A stretch of 63,914 nt of DNA, the filler included, from Fonticula-like sp. SCN 57-25 (lineage: Eukaryota), in assembly GCA_001724245.1 (NCBI GenBank). It is 9 parts of 9 records of this genome, joined end to end, with 100 filler letters (N's around TTAATTAATTAA, not from the genome) between each part and the next. Parts side by side here need not be neighbours in the genome. Positions count along the whole stretch, not along the records: positions 7,330 to 14,442 come from MEDX01000699.1; positions 14,543 to 21,241 come from MEDX01000700.1; positions 21,342 to 27,899 come from MEDX01000701.1; 6 more parts are not named here. One strand, 5' to 3'. Of this stretch, positions 12,066-21,770 are shown piece by piece. Every line of letters starts with the position of its first letter. Within the stretch, counting starts at the first letter, position 1. Under the pieces are notes generated by a model. The model did no database searches. It was not told where the DNA came from and saw nothing but the letters and a program-made list of their open reading frames with translations. The position numbers and the translations under genes were made by a program.

Positions 12066-12836
12066 ATGGCCGTCGCCGTGGCCGCCGCCAACGTGCATGT
12101 CCATGAGGCGGACCGGACGAAACTACGTGAGCTCGTTCTTGACGCGAACCATATCGCGCCGTTAGGCTTTATTGTCAAAACCGCGGAGGAGGAGGGAGAG
12201 GAGGAAGAGGAGGAGGAGGACACCGTCTTTCTATGGTCGGCGTGGACTAGGGCAATCATTCCCGTGCGGAAGGATGGCTGGTATACACGTGATGAGGCAT
12301 CGCTTTCATTGCAAGTTCTTCCGACACATGTTGGCGGTATTTATGAAGTTGGGATCTCCCGCGAAAGTGACGGGACCGCGATCGTTGCCGTCTATGTTGG
12401 AAAAGCCGAAAAAGTGAGGCCGACAGGTGCCTCAGGATGCTCTCTTCGAATGAGGCTTTATCGACAGTACGCCAAGGATGGCTTTGACCTGCATGTGGAA
12501 CTGCGTGCCTTCCTAGAAGCCAACCATTATGTCTATTTTCGCTGGATCGTACTACCTACCCAGAACCTTTGCAGGGCCTACGAGAAGGAGTGCCAAGTTG
12601 CGTACAATTACGCGTTCAATACTGTGAACAACCTCCCGTACCGCCCGGCAGAAGCTGTAGTCATGAGTCGACCTGGAGCAAAAGCTAATTTGTTCGTACA
12701 CCGCCTAGTCTATTTTCGCGCAGTCGACCTAAATGCGGCCGCTGCGGACCCCGAAATAAAAGCCGTCATTGAAGGCTTTTCCGAACTAACAATCGATCAG
12801 CGTGAGAAAGCGCTTGCCTTATTTAAGTTTCTTTGA
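12066..12836 (+). CDS. GIY-YIG nuclease, EFFECTOR OF TRANSCRIPTION (ET/HRT)-like
   Basis: GGIYEVG...VYVGKAE...LRMRL.RQY...YVYFRW...AYEKE...YNYAFNTVNN follows the ET pattern GxYE, YxG, RL, YRW, E, DYAWN. Confidence 0.72.
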   Translation: MAVAVAAANVHVHEADRTKLRELVLDANHIAPLGFIVKTAEEEGEEEEEEEDTVFLWSAWTRAIIPVRKDGWYTRDEASLSLQVLPTHVGGIYEVGISRESDGTAIVAVYVGKAEKVRPTGASGCSLRMRLYRQYAKDGFDLHVELRAFLEANHYVYFRWIVLPTQNLCRAYEKECQVAYNYAFNTVNNLPYRPAEAVVMSRPGAKANLFVHRLVYFRAVDLNAAAADPEIKAVIEGFSELTIDQREKALALFKFL

Positions 12837-13864
12837 TATCAGTCCGCCCGCGTCAACCATTGTCTAGTAATTTATATCGTGTTATTTATATCTCTGCCTC
12901 TCCGTCGCTTATCGTGTGGCAGTGCTGATTCGATGTGTCACGATTTCATTTGACCTTTAGTTTGCAGTTTAGTTTGCAGTTTGATGCATGAAGCAATGGC
13001 GTCATTCTTTCGGGTGGCCTGACGCCTTATGACCAATGGAGACCAAGCCATGCGTCCGAGCCCCAGTCAAACCTGGCTCCTCTCCGTGTCCATTGGCTCG
13101 TGTAGAATTGTTATCCATATTTGGTAAGAGTATATATATTGGCCACATGCCACAATAAAGTCGCTTTTCCCCAGTGTCACAATTGTTCGGTTGTGTTGTT
13201 GCGACTCGAGGGTAGAGTCCACGTTCCAATCAAATCTTCGCTTCAATACAGTACAGCTAGGGTCGAAATCGTTGAGACTGAAATAGTTTTATAAATTGAA
13301 TTGATGTGAAATGAAACGAAATTCGGCCAATAACAATGCGAATTTACGCTTGGCACCGCTTGAAGTGACGTGAAGGGAAATGAAATGAATCGGGGTGAAC
13401 CATATTTTTGGCCAAATCAGGCCCGAGTGAACGCGAGTGAACCTCACTGAAGTTCATAAAGTTCACATGTACACCCAATCGGAGCGCTTTAGCCGGTGTC
13501 GCATCCAATAAGGACACAGGATTATGTTACGGGTGTATGACCGCTGTAGTGCGGTGGCGCTAAGGTAGCGCCATGGTTACGCACGCTCGATGCAGCCTGG
13601 ATGCAGTTAAGCTTTTAGGGTTTATGGGGTTTTTAGAGTATAGGGTTTTAGGGTTTAGATAATATATTAAGCATTACAAATTGAATGCCCGGCAGCGACC
13701 GCGAGGGTAGGCCTACCTCAAGATCTGATCAGATCTCAAATCAGACCAGATCTTGTAGTATGATGACAATCATGTTATGATCAGTATGATCACGTGACCA
13801 ACATAGCATTGCAGCCCGGCAGGTCAAAAAAGGAAGTCTAGACAGAAAAAAGGAACAAGAAATA

Positions 13865-14442
13865 TCACCCACTGTACAACGGGCGAAGGGCGGAGAGCCA
13901 GGTCTCCAACGAAGGGTCGAATGACTTGACAATGGTCAGATCATGCATGAGGGAGGCCTCGAATGAAGCCAACAGGTGTCGCGGCGAGGTCGTAACAGGC
14001 GCAGCGGTGTACGCAGAGGGACGCATACGCCAGATATGCCTCACCACACAGTTCAGGACAAACGTCAGACGCTTTTGAGTCTCCCGCGGAAGCGAAGAGA
14101 TCATCGTGTCCGGCGAGACGAGCAGCTGCAGCAAACTCGGCATCGGGGGCAGCGTCCACAGCAAACGTATTCGGGTCAACATAGTGTCCCATTGTGAGCG
14201 AACCACCGGGCACTCCATGAAGGCATGATCGTAAGTCTCGCGCACAGGGCAGCCGCGCGTGCGCGGGTCGTCCGCTTCGTAAAGTCGATAGTTCAGCGGG
14301 TGGCAGCGGTTGATCACGCGCCAGCGCGCTTCACGATGATCGAAGGAGGACGGAGCAGCGTGAATAAGGCTCCACGTCCTTGCAGAGGGCCTCAGTTGAG
14401 GCGCGGCAGGCCATGGCGTCCATGGGAACTGCGGGAGACGCT
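13865..14442 (-). mobile_element. 3' end of a non-LTR retrotransposon ORF2 (zf-RVT, L1/Tx1-like), truncated
   Basis: RGCPVRETYDHAFMECPVVRSQW zinc knuckle and HIWRMR motif, followed by a T-rich 3' region. Confidence 0.65.
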
Positions 14443-14974
14443 NNNNNNNNNNNNNNNNNNNNNNNNNNNNNNNNNNNNNNNNNNNNTTAATTAATTAANN
14501 NNNNNNNNNNNNNNNNNNNNNNNNNNNNNNNNNNNNNNNNNNCTCACTGGAGTTGACTCCGCCCTGCAGATCACAGACCGTGCGGGCTTTTCCTGAATAG
14601 AAATATATGAACTTTTGTAGCATGCGCAACGTTTCACTGTTAGTAGTATATACTGGGGGCAGAGCCCCCGGTATATACTGCTGCCACACCGTAGGTGTGG
14701 CCCTCAACCAAAGCCAAATACCGTACCAAATCCCGACCACCCAAAAGTACACCCTACCCAGTTCGGTGGGAATGACCGATCAAAAAAGCCAATTTTCCCA
14801 TCCCTGCGCGACCCGCTTTTTTGACCACCAGGCAATACCCCTATACAGCCCAAACGTCCAAAAACGCCGAGGCGCGTGTGTCATGTTCGGTCCATATGAC
14901 CGACCGAAATGTGTGATTTGACGCCCCCGGGGGGCGTCGAACTGCCCCTCAAGTAGACAGTTACAATCTGATCT

Positions 14975-15041
14975 GAATCCACCCCTGACCTCGACCCTGA
15001 CCCTCACCCTCACCCTCACCCTGACCCTGACCCTGCCCCTC
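14975..15041 (+). repeat. CCCT(C/G)A hexamer array between perfect 18-bp inverted repeats (14937-14954 and 15042-15059)
   Basis: tcgaactgcccctcaagt ... ccctgaccctcaccctcaccctcaccctgaccctga ... acttgaggggcagttcga. Confidence 0.85.
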
Positions 15042-15264
15042 ACTTGAGGGGCAGTTCGAATCTTGATCCACCGTGCTGAGGACGGCTCCCACAAAATGAT
15101 ACGAAAATAAAAACCCAAAGTTAATTCAGACTGTCCTCAAGTCCGTCATGGGCCACGTGGGCGAGTGACGTAATCACGTGACGAAACACACAGTCAGCAA
15201 AATATAACGGATGGAAATAAATGATGGTTAATTAGACACACAGGTTTTACACCCACCCTCCAAC

Positions 15265-15546
15265 ATGAGCTTTACCACCGACCAGGCCGACCTCCTTGAT
15301 ACCCTTTTCGATGAGGTTTATGACCTAACTCAGACCTTTCACAATTCCTACTTTGAAGACCGAGAGTATGATCTTGCCTTGATGAATCTCAAGGCTGTTA
15401 TCACCTATATTAAGATGGAGGGTCAGCGTAAGGACCCATCTATTTCAAACGACATTTCCTACATTGTTGATTTCGCAATGGGTTGTGTTGAGTGTGGTGG
15501 TGGAGATTCCGATCAACATGGTCATCCTTGTGAGTGCGAGGATTGA
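15265..15546 (+). CDS. Polinton small acidic hypothetical protein (93 aa)
   Basis: Intact ORF; AACATG start context shared with the other Polinton genes; AT-rich flanks. Confidence 0.65.
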   Translation: MSFTTDQADLLDTLFDEVYDLTQTFHNSYFEDREYDLALMNLKAVITYIKMEGQRKDPSISNDISYIVDFAMGCVECGGGDSDQHGHPCECED

Positions 15547-15629
15547 TCGTATAACACATACTATATTACTAACAGTAATAGACATACAAAAATAAATGAA
15601 GCCCTAAATACGACACCCATTATATAAAC

Positions 15630-15935
15630 ATGGCCCCTCGTAACCTCATGGAGTTTTTGAATCTTAAGCGTCTCCATCTGTCAACGCCTAAACAAATCGA
15701 TGACTTTTTTGAAGTCTACACTACTGAGCGAAACAAGCTCTTAGACGCTGTAAATGATGCAGAAATGCGCGCTACTCTAGAAGCACTCTTTAAGGACCAT
15801 CTCAAGTTGCGTATAAAGAATATGAAAGTAAACGCGCGCGAGCGTTATAACTCAAACCCCTCGACCAGTTCGTTCACGACGAGAGAAGAGTACTCGAACT
15901 ATATCATCAAAAAGATCGCAAACATTGCTTATTAA
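15630..15935 (+). CDS. Polinton small hypothetical protein (101 aa)
   Basis: Intact ORF preceded by TATATAAACATG. Confidence 0.65.
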   Translation: MAPRNLMEFLNLKRLHLSTPKQIDDFFEVYTTERNKLLDAVNDAEMRATLEALFKDHLKLRIKNMKVNARERYNSNPSTSSFTTREEYSNYIIKKIANIAY

Positions 15936-16022
15936 CTCGATTGAAATTTCGACTTTTTTCAAATGCTCACCCTAGGTGAGCCCTAAAACTGACGCGGTAT
16001 TTTAAAAAAGGGTTGACCAAAC

Positions 16023-19000
16023 ATGGCACCCACACGTCGAGCCAGAACAGTTCCGGTTCAACCTTCGGTTACACCTCCGACCGTAGTTAGAGCCACCCGC
16101 TCGAGAGTCGCCAGAGGTGAAGCCACCCTCGTCCAGCCGCTCGCCGCCCCCGTGCGCAATCCGATTCTGGTGACCCGGACGAAAGAAGAAAGAAAGAAAG
16201 ACAGGCTCGAGAAAAAGGCTGCCACCGCTGAGCGTAATTACAACCAGAGAATAGAGCAAGCCAATGAGGCAAGGGCGAGAAGCGTAAAGAACAAGGCTAA
16301 AGCCGAAACTGCTTCAGCACGTGAAAAACGCCGCCTTCTCAAGCTTGCTGAAAAGCAAGAGCAGCGTGCCAAACTCCTTATGGATCCAGAGACACAAAAA
16401 CGCCTCGCTGAGCAACATCAGCAAGCGAGAGCTGAATTAACCAGAGCGCGTCGAGAGTTTGAAGATATTCACGATGGTCCTGTCATTTTTGAAGAGGTAG
16501 CGACATTTGACCACGGCGAGCTGAACCTGGTTAAGGGAGAGTTCCGCGTGTCCTCCCATGTCGCCGGTTTCCTTAACGGAGAAAAAATTGTCACCAACCT
16601 AAGGTCGCGTCTCACCGCGAAGCAGCGTGGTCGTGTGGCTTCGGTCATGTCGAAGCGCAACAATAACGATGCTCAAGTCTCCGAAACGACTGGGATGATT
16701 GCGGCGATCGTGCATAACTGCTACGAACGAGTGAAATCATACTTGAGTAAGAACGCTCATCCAAACGACTTTGTATCAATCATGTTTGGTAATAGTGAGC
16801 CTGCCAACATCCAGGTTAGAAAGCTCACACTCGAGTTCTTTACCAACATTTCAGCCTCGACGATCCAATCTGCCAACAACCACGGTACGCTTGATGCAAT
16901 CCAGTTCTCAATGACGATCAAAAAGGCCAACACTGGTGGAAAAAGCGGTCGCGTGTCCAGCATTACCGACCCGACTGAGATTGCCAAAAAGAAATCCATC
17001 ATCACCATCAACAATCAACATGACAAGCTTTGTTTGTTGTACGCTCTTGAGCTCATCAAGCAGTACGATGCTTGTGACGCCTCTCGCATCGCTGCGCAGG
17101 AAAACGCCAACACCGATACCGTTGCCGAAGCTGCATATCAAAAGGCGCGCCTGAAAAAGTTTTTGAAGGACAACCGCGAGTTTGGTTGCCTGCACACGCG
17201 TGCGTTCGGAAAGCAGGTTTTAAACACAGCCGTTGAGCTCGATTTCAGTCCCGACGAAGAACTTGGTCTCGGACACCTGAACCTGCTTGAGCAGCACTAC
17301 CATGCTTACATTCACGTCTATACTTCCCTAAACCGACTTATTACGTCAGCGTCGCTTGTCGAGGATCGAAACAATGAAGATGGATTTGAACCTCGCTTCT
17401 CAAATCATTGGTACGTTCAGTACGATGAGAACACTCGTCACTTTAACGCAATCACAAACTACACCGCAGCGATGGGATTGGATCGCAATCAGTGGTGTCA
17501 CGTCTGTGGACAAACCGCGACGCCTGATCACGCAAAGTTCACTTGCCCCTACCTCTCCAAGCGTGCGTGTAGGTCATGCCGCTCAGAGACCGACCACTAC
17601 GCTGAATGGCAAACCACAAATGCCGTGAATGGTTTCCGTTCCAAAATGATTCCATGCGAAAAGTGCAACCGCAAGTTCCCGACGAGCACTTGTTTTGACA
17701 ATCACCTCCCCACATGCGGTACTGTCGTCCGTTGTGACAATCCAGAGTGTGGAAAACTCCTGAAGGGTAAGGAGGTAACCACGCACGACTGCTCAAAGAT
17801 CAAATGCGACAATTGTGGTGAAGAATATAAAACCACCGACGAGCACTTGTGTTACATCAAACCGATGAAGCCCAAGCCCGCGCGTCCCCTCTCAACGATT
17901 ATGTTTGCCGATTATGAGACGCTTCCACTCAATGCCCAACGTCGTAAGGTACTCAAGATGGATGACCAAGGTAAACCATTCAAGGTAGATAAACAAGGGA
18001 ATCCGTCCGCCAAAGGTACATTCGCCACCGAGTACAAAACAAGGTGGTTCCACGAAGTCCACTATGTCGTGATTAAGACGATGCGTGAGGAAATTGATCC
18101 CACCACTCAAAAGGTCAAGTATGTCGTCGACAAGTCGTGGGAGTTTGAAGGAGAAAACGCACTCACCGACTCGACCACGTTCTTGATGCATCCCGACCAC
18201 CACGAGTACACGGTTTACTTTCATAACGGATCAGGATTCGACTTTTCCTTCCTCTACCGCGAGCTAGTCAACGAACGAGGATATGCACCGTCCGTGATTA
18301 AGAGCGGCTCAAAGATCAAGAGTATGGATGTAGCCCCTGTGAATCCAAACTCAAATAAAAAACACGCAAAGCCCCTTGTGCACTTTCGCGACTCACTGCT
18401 CCATTTCATGAGCGGTCTGCGCCGTCTTCCCACGACGTTTGGTTTCAGTAATGAGGTCATTAAGGGTGACTTTCCTCACCGGTTCATCGTGCAGAAAGAC
18501 ACGCCAGAGGAGACGCTCGAGGCCACGCTCAATTACGTTGGTCCGCCGCCGCCACTCGAAGATTACGACCCGAACCGCAAGTCGACCGGTGAAAAGGCAG
18601 CGCTCACCGCATGGTATAAAACAGACGTCGCGCCTCTAACGACATGGTCTTACCGTGATGAAATGAAAAAGTATTGTCATGCTGATGTTGAAGTGCTCGG
18701 AAAGGCGTGGTGTATCTACCGCGCTTCATCGCTCGCTTCCGCCCGAGAGGGTGAACATGAGATGGATCCGACCAACTACATTACAGCCGCTGGTTTTGCG
18801 CTCGCCGAGTTTATGACCAACCATATGCAAGAGAAAACCATCGCCTACATCCCGCAGCACGGTTTCAAAGAACGCTGCTCTGCGCTGGAACGCGACTGGC
18901 TCGATAACCTCGGAATCCCTGGACTCGAGCGTCAGTACAAGATCACAGTCGATGAAAAGACATACATTGTTGACGCAATTGATCATAAGACCAATACCAT

Positions 19001-20753
19001 CTACGAGTTCAACGGATCCTACTGGCACGGTGGTTGTGCTCAGTGTAAGCATGCTGGTGAGGAGGCAAAGGCGCGCCGGAAGCGAACCCAGAACCGTAAG
19101 CGCCAACTCGAATCACTCGGCTATAATGTCAAGAGTCAATGCGAGTGCACGTATATTCCGAGTACGGCGTACCTAACCAGAAGCCAGGAGTCCATGCCGT
19201 TTCACGTGCGCGACGCCTTTGCCGGCGGGCGCACGGAAGCATTCAAGCACATGGCCACTACCCGGCGTAACAATACAAAACTAACTGAAGATGATATTGA
19301 TAACATCATCCAAGCAGCCAACCAAGGTGGTGACATCAACAAGCTCCTTGAGGGTGTTGAGCGTATCTACTATGCCGATGTGACGTCTCTTTACCCGACA
19401 GTGAACAAAAAGGATGTCTATCCGATGCACCACCCGAAAATCCTCCATCGCGCCGACATCAACTGGACACCCGGCACCCCATTCCGAACGGGAATCATCG
19501 GCGAGGATGGAACGGATGCCCTTTACAAGGGTGTGCTGCGCGTCAAGGTCCGCGCGCCCAAAGACTTGCTCATCCCCGTCCTCGGTCAAAAGATGATGAC
19601 CACCAACGGTTACTTCAAGTTTATGTTCCACACATGTGAAAAGTGTGTAGTCGAGAATACAAAAACCTCCTGTAAACACACAGATGAGGAGCGCACTTTT
19701 ATCACCAAAGTACCGCACCTGGAGTTGCTCAAGGCCCTTGACATGGGTTACGAACTGCTCGATATTTACGACGTGGATCACTTCGAACATTGGTCCCGTG
19801 GTATGTTTGCGAGTTACGTTAACAAGTTCATTAAAATTAAAACCGAGTGCGGTGTCCCTGACCACTGGACCGCCTCCAAACGCCAGAAAGTCACCGATGA
19901 GTTTCTAGAGCGCGAGGATGTGCAGCTGGATATTGACAACATGGAAGACAACCCCGGAAAGAAGCAAATCGCAAAAACCATGTGCAACTCCCTTTGGGGC
20001 CGCTTTGGAATGAATTCTGACCACCCGAGGACCAAAATCGTGCGCGACATTGACGAGTTGCGGGCAATCAAGCAGCGCGATCTCCAGGGTCTCATCACCA
20101 ACGTGACATATGAACCGCTTGACGAGGAGGGTAACAGCTGGAGTGTTACATGGCATACACCGGGTCTGCATCAGCTGGAAGATCGCAAGTCCAATGTCTA
20201 CATTGCCCTCTTTACGACCTCTCAAGCGCGCCTTCGTCTCTATTCCGGTCTTGAAGCCGTCGGATTTGAGAATGTCATCTATTGTGACACGGACTCGATC
20301 ATGTTCACCTCTGACGTCCCGATTAAAGAGGTCAGCGACAAACTGCCCATCTCTGAGTTCCTGGGCGATTTTAAGGATGAGCTAAGCGACAGTGTCACCA
20401 GCGGTGGTTTCATCTACGATATCGGTATTGGAGGCCCAAAGTCCTACTCTTACCGTGCGTGCGTCCCTGACGGAAAGGGTGGTTGGAAAAAGAAGGGTGA
20501 CTTTAAGATGAAAGGTTTTAGCATGAATGCAGAGAATAGTAAGGTATTTACGCACGATGTGCTCAAGGCAATCGTTGAGAACCGCGACGACGACAAGCTC
20601 AATAGGATCACCCTCAAGAACCAGTTTCAGATCCGCCGCACACAGGATCTCCGAGTCTATCACGAAGAGGGCGAAAAGACATTCGCCTTTGATAGTAACA
20701 AGCGAATCATCCTCGATGACGAACACACCGTCCCTTATGGGTATGCATTATAA
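16023..20753 (+). CDS. Protein-primed family B DNA polymerase polyprotein (vOTU, zinc fingers, exonuclease, Vsr-like insert, polymerase)
   Basis: Exonuclease motifs FADYET, FHNGSGFD, YCHADV; polymerase motifs GGRTE, YADVTSLYP, KTMCNSLWGRFG, YCDTDS, GPKSY, KGF; Vsr-like YIVDAID..IYEFNGSYWHG. Confidence 0.95.
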   Translation: MAPTRRARTVPVQPSVTPPTVVRATRSRVARGEATLVQPLAAPVRNPILVTRTKEERKKDRLEKKAATAERNYNQRIEQANEARARSVKNKAKAETASAREKRRLLKLAEKQEQRAKLLMDPETQKRLAEQHQQARAELTRARREFEDIHDGPVIFEEVATFDHGELNLVKGEFRVSSHVAGFLNGEKIVTNLRSRLTAKQRGRVASVMSKRNNNDAQVSETTGMIAAIVHNCYERVKSYLSKNAHPNDFVSIMFGNSEPANIQVRKLTLEFFTNISASTIQSANNHGTLDAIQFSMTIKKANTGGKSGRVSSITDPTEIAKKKSIITINNQHDKLCLLYALELIKQYDACDASRIAAQENANTDTVAEAAYQKARLKKFLKDNREFGCLHTRAFGKQVLNTAVELDFSPDEELGLGHLNLLEQHYHAYIHVYTSLNRLITSASLVEDRNNEDGFEPRFSNHWYVQYDENTRHFNAITNYTAAMGLDRNQWCHVCGQTATPDHAKFTCPYLSKRACRSCRSETDHYAEWQTTNAVNGFRSKMIPCEKCNRKFPTSTCFDNHLPTCGTVVRCDNPECGKLLKGKEVTTHDCSKIKCDNCGEEYKTTDEHLCYIKPMKPKPARPLSTIMFADYETLPLNAQRRKVLKMDDQGKPFKVDKQGNPSAKGTFATEYKTRWFHEVHYVVIKTMREEIDPTTQKVKYVVDKSWEFEGENALTDSTTFLMHPDHHEYTVYFHNGSGFDFSFLYRELVNERGYAPSVIKSGSKIKSMDVAPVNPNSNKKHAKPLVHFRDSLLHFMSGLRRLPTTFGFSNEVIKGDFPHRFIVQKDTPEETLEATLNYVGPPPPLEDYDPNRKSTGEKAALTAWYKTDVAPLTTWSYRDEMKKYCHADVEVLGKAWCIYRASSLASAREGEHEMDPTNYITAAGFALAEFMTNHMQEKTIAYIPQHGFKERCSALERDWLDNLGIPGLERQYKITVDEKTYIVDAIDHKTNTIYEFNGSYWHGGCAQCKHAGEEAKARRKRTQNRKRQLESLGYNVKSQCECTYIPSTAYLTRSQESMPFHVRDAFAGGRTEAFKHMATTRRNNTKLTEDDIDNIIQAANQGGDINKLLEGVERIYYADVTSLYPTVNKKDVYPMHHPKILHRADINWTPGTPFRTGIIGEDGTDALYKGVLRVKVRAPKDLLIPVLGQKMMTTNGYFKFMFHTCEKCVVENTKTSCKHTDEERTFITKVPHLELLKALDMGYELLDIYDVDHFEHWSRGMFASYVNKFIKIKTECGVPDHWTASKRQKVTDEFLEREDVQLDIDNMEDNPGKKQIAKTMCNSLWGRFGMNSDHPRTKIVRDIDELRAIKQRDLQGLITNVTYEPLDEEGNSWSVTWHTPGLHQLEDRKSNVYIALFTTSQARLRLYSGLEAVGFENVIYCDTDSIMFTSDVPIKEVSDKLPISEFLGDFKDELSDSVTSGGFIYDIGIGGPKSYSYRACVPDGKGGWKKKGDFKMKGFSMNAENSKVFTHDVLKAIVENRDDDKLNRITLKNQFQIRRTQDLRVYHEEGEKTFAFDSNKRIILDDEHTVPYGYAL

Positions 20754-20788
20754 AAGGTGACTAAACACTTACAGAATGTAAGTAAAAC

Positions 20789-21241
20789 ATGACTTCGATC
20801 AAGAAGCAGGTAAAAGACGCACTTGGTGACCAACACACGGCAGCGATGTTCAGTCAAACGACCAAGAACTATAAACATCAATCAATCCCGGCGTCTCACC
20901 CCGACGACATCTGGTCTGCCGACTTGATGGACACGGCGTCACTCCATCCAGAGAAAAACAAGGCCACGCGCTTTCTCCTCATTATCGTCGACGTCTACTC
21001 GCGGTTTGTGCGCGCCATTCCGCTCAAAGAAAAGTCGGCCGCCGCCGTCGCCAACGCTTTCTCCTCATTAAAATCCACACCAAAGTACTTGCACGTCGAC
21101 GAAGGAACCGAGTTTTACAACGCTCAGGTGAAAAAGTGGGCTGATGACCACGACGTAAACATGTACTCGACGGCTATCGGAGCAGTCCATGCCGAGCGCT
21201 TCATCCGCACGCTCCGCAACTACATTGCGCGCTTCCGGCAG
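20789..21241 (+). CDS. Retroviral-like (rve) integrase of the Polinton, truncated
   Basis: WSADLMD, IVDVYSRF, LHVDEGTEFYN, AERFIRTLR (D-D-E triad). Confidence 0.92.
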
Positions 21242-21770
21242 NNNNNNNNNNNNNNNNNNNNNNNNNNNNNNNNNNNNNNNNNNNNTTAATTAATTAANNN
21301 NNNNNNNNNNNNNNNNNNNNNNNNNNNNNNNNNNNNNNNNNTTGGTTGATTTGATATTGCAACCACGCAACTTTTTAGCTCTTTCGTCTCAAGGCCTCTC
21401 CGCGATCATAGAGAACGTGATACTGTACATGTCAGTCCCATATGGGGGAGCCTCAAGTTAAAACATACTTGCAAACTGAGTTTGCAATTCTTGAAAAAAT
21501 GTGTAGTCTAGTCCACTTTTCGATGCTGAACCCGAATCTGTCATCCTTTCCTATGTAACAAATATGAAAAACGTCCATGAACCCCATGTTTAGGCCCCTT
21601 AGACCATGTATTCTCATTATTCGCCAGATTGGTCGTGAGACGAATCCATTTTTGGCGCAACCTTTTAATGACCAATCAGATGACAGGTTATTGTCACAAC
21701 ATTGTTACAGGTCCACTCTGCGCCTGCTGTCCACCTGGTCCACCTGGCTCTGCGCCTCATTCCCACCACG

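Larger units (their letters stand above)
8030..13778. mobile_element. Putative degenerate DNA transposon-like block bounded by ~130-bp imperfect inverted repeats (8030-8158 and ~13650-13778)
   Basis: Left tggtcagatttgagatctga...cctacccttgaggtcgctgctggg...ttgtaatgct...taaaccct aligns with the reverse complement of the right, tggtctgatttgagatctga...cctaccctcgcggtcgctgccggg...ttgtaatgct...taaaccct. Confidence 0.5.
14642..21241 (+). mobile_element. Polinton/Maverick, left portion (truncated on the right)
   Basis: AGTAGT terminus-like motif at 14642; intronless co-oriented genes; protein-primed PolB directly followed by an rve integrase. Confidence 0.88.

Noticed and set aside
13541..13573. Small hairpins (TGGCGCTA-AGG-TAGCGCCA) as an ncRNA or tRNA
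   Set aside because: No cloverleaf or recognisable RNA family motif; too short to call.
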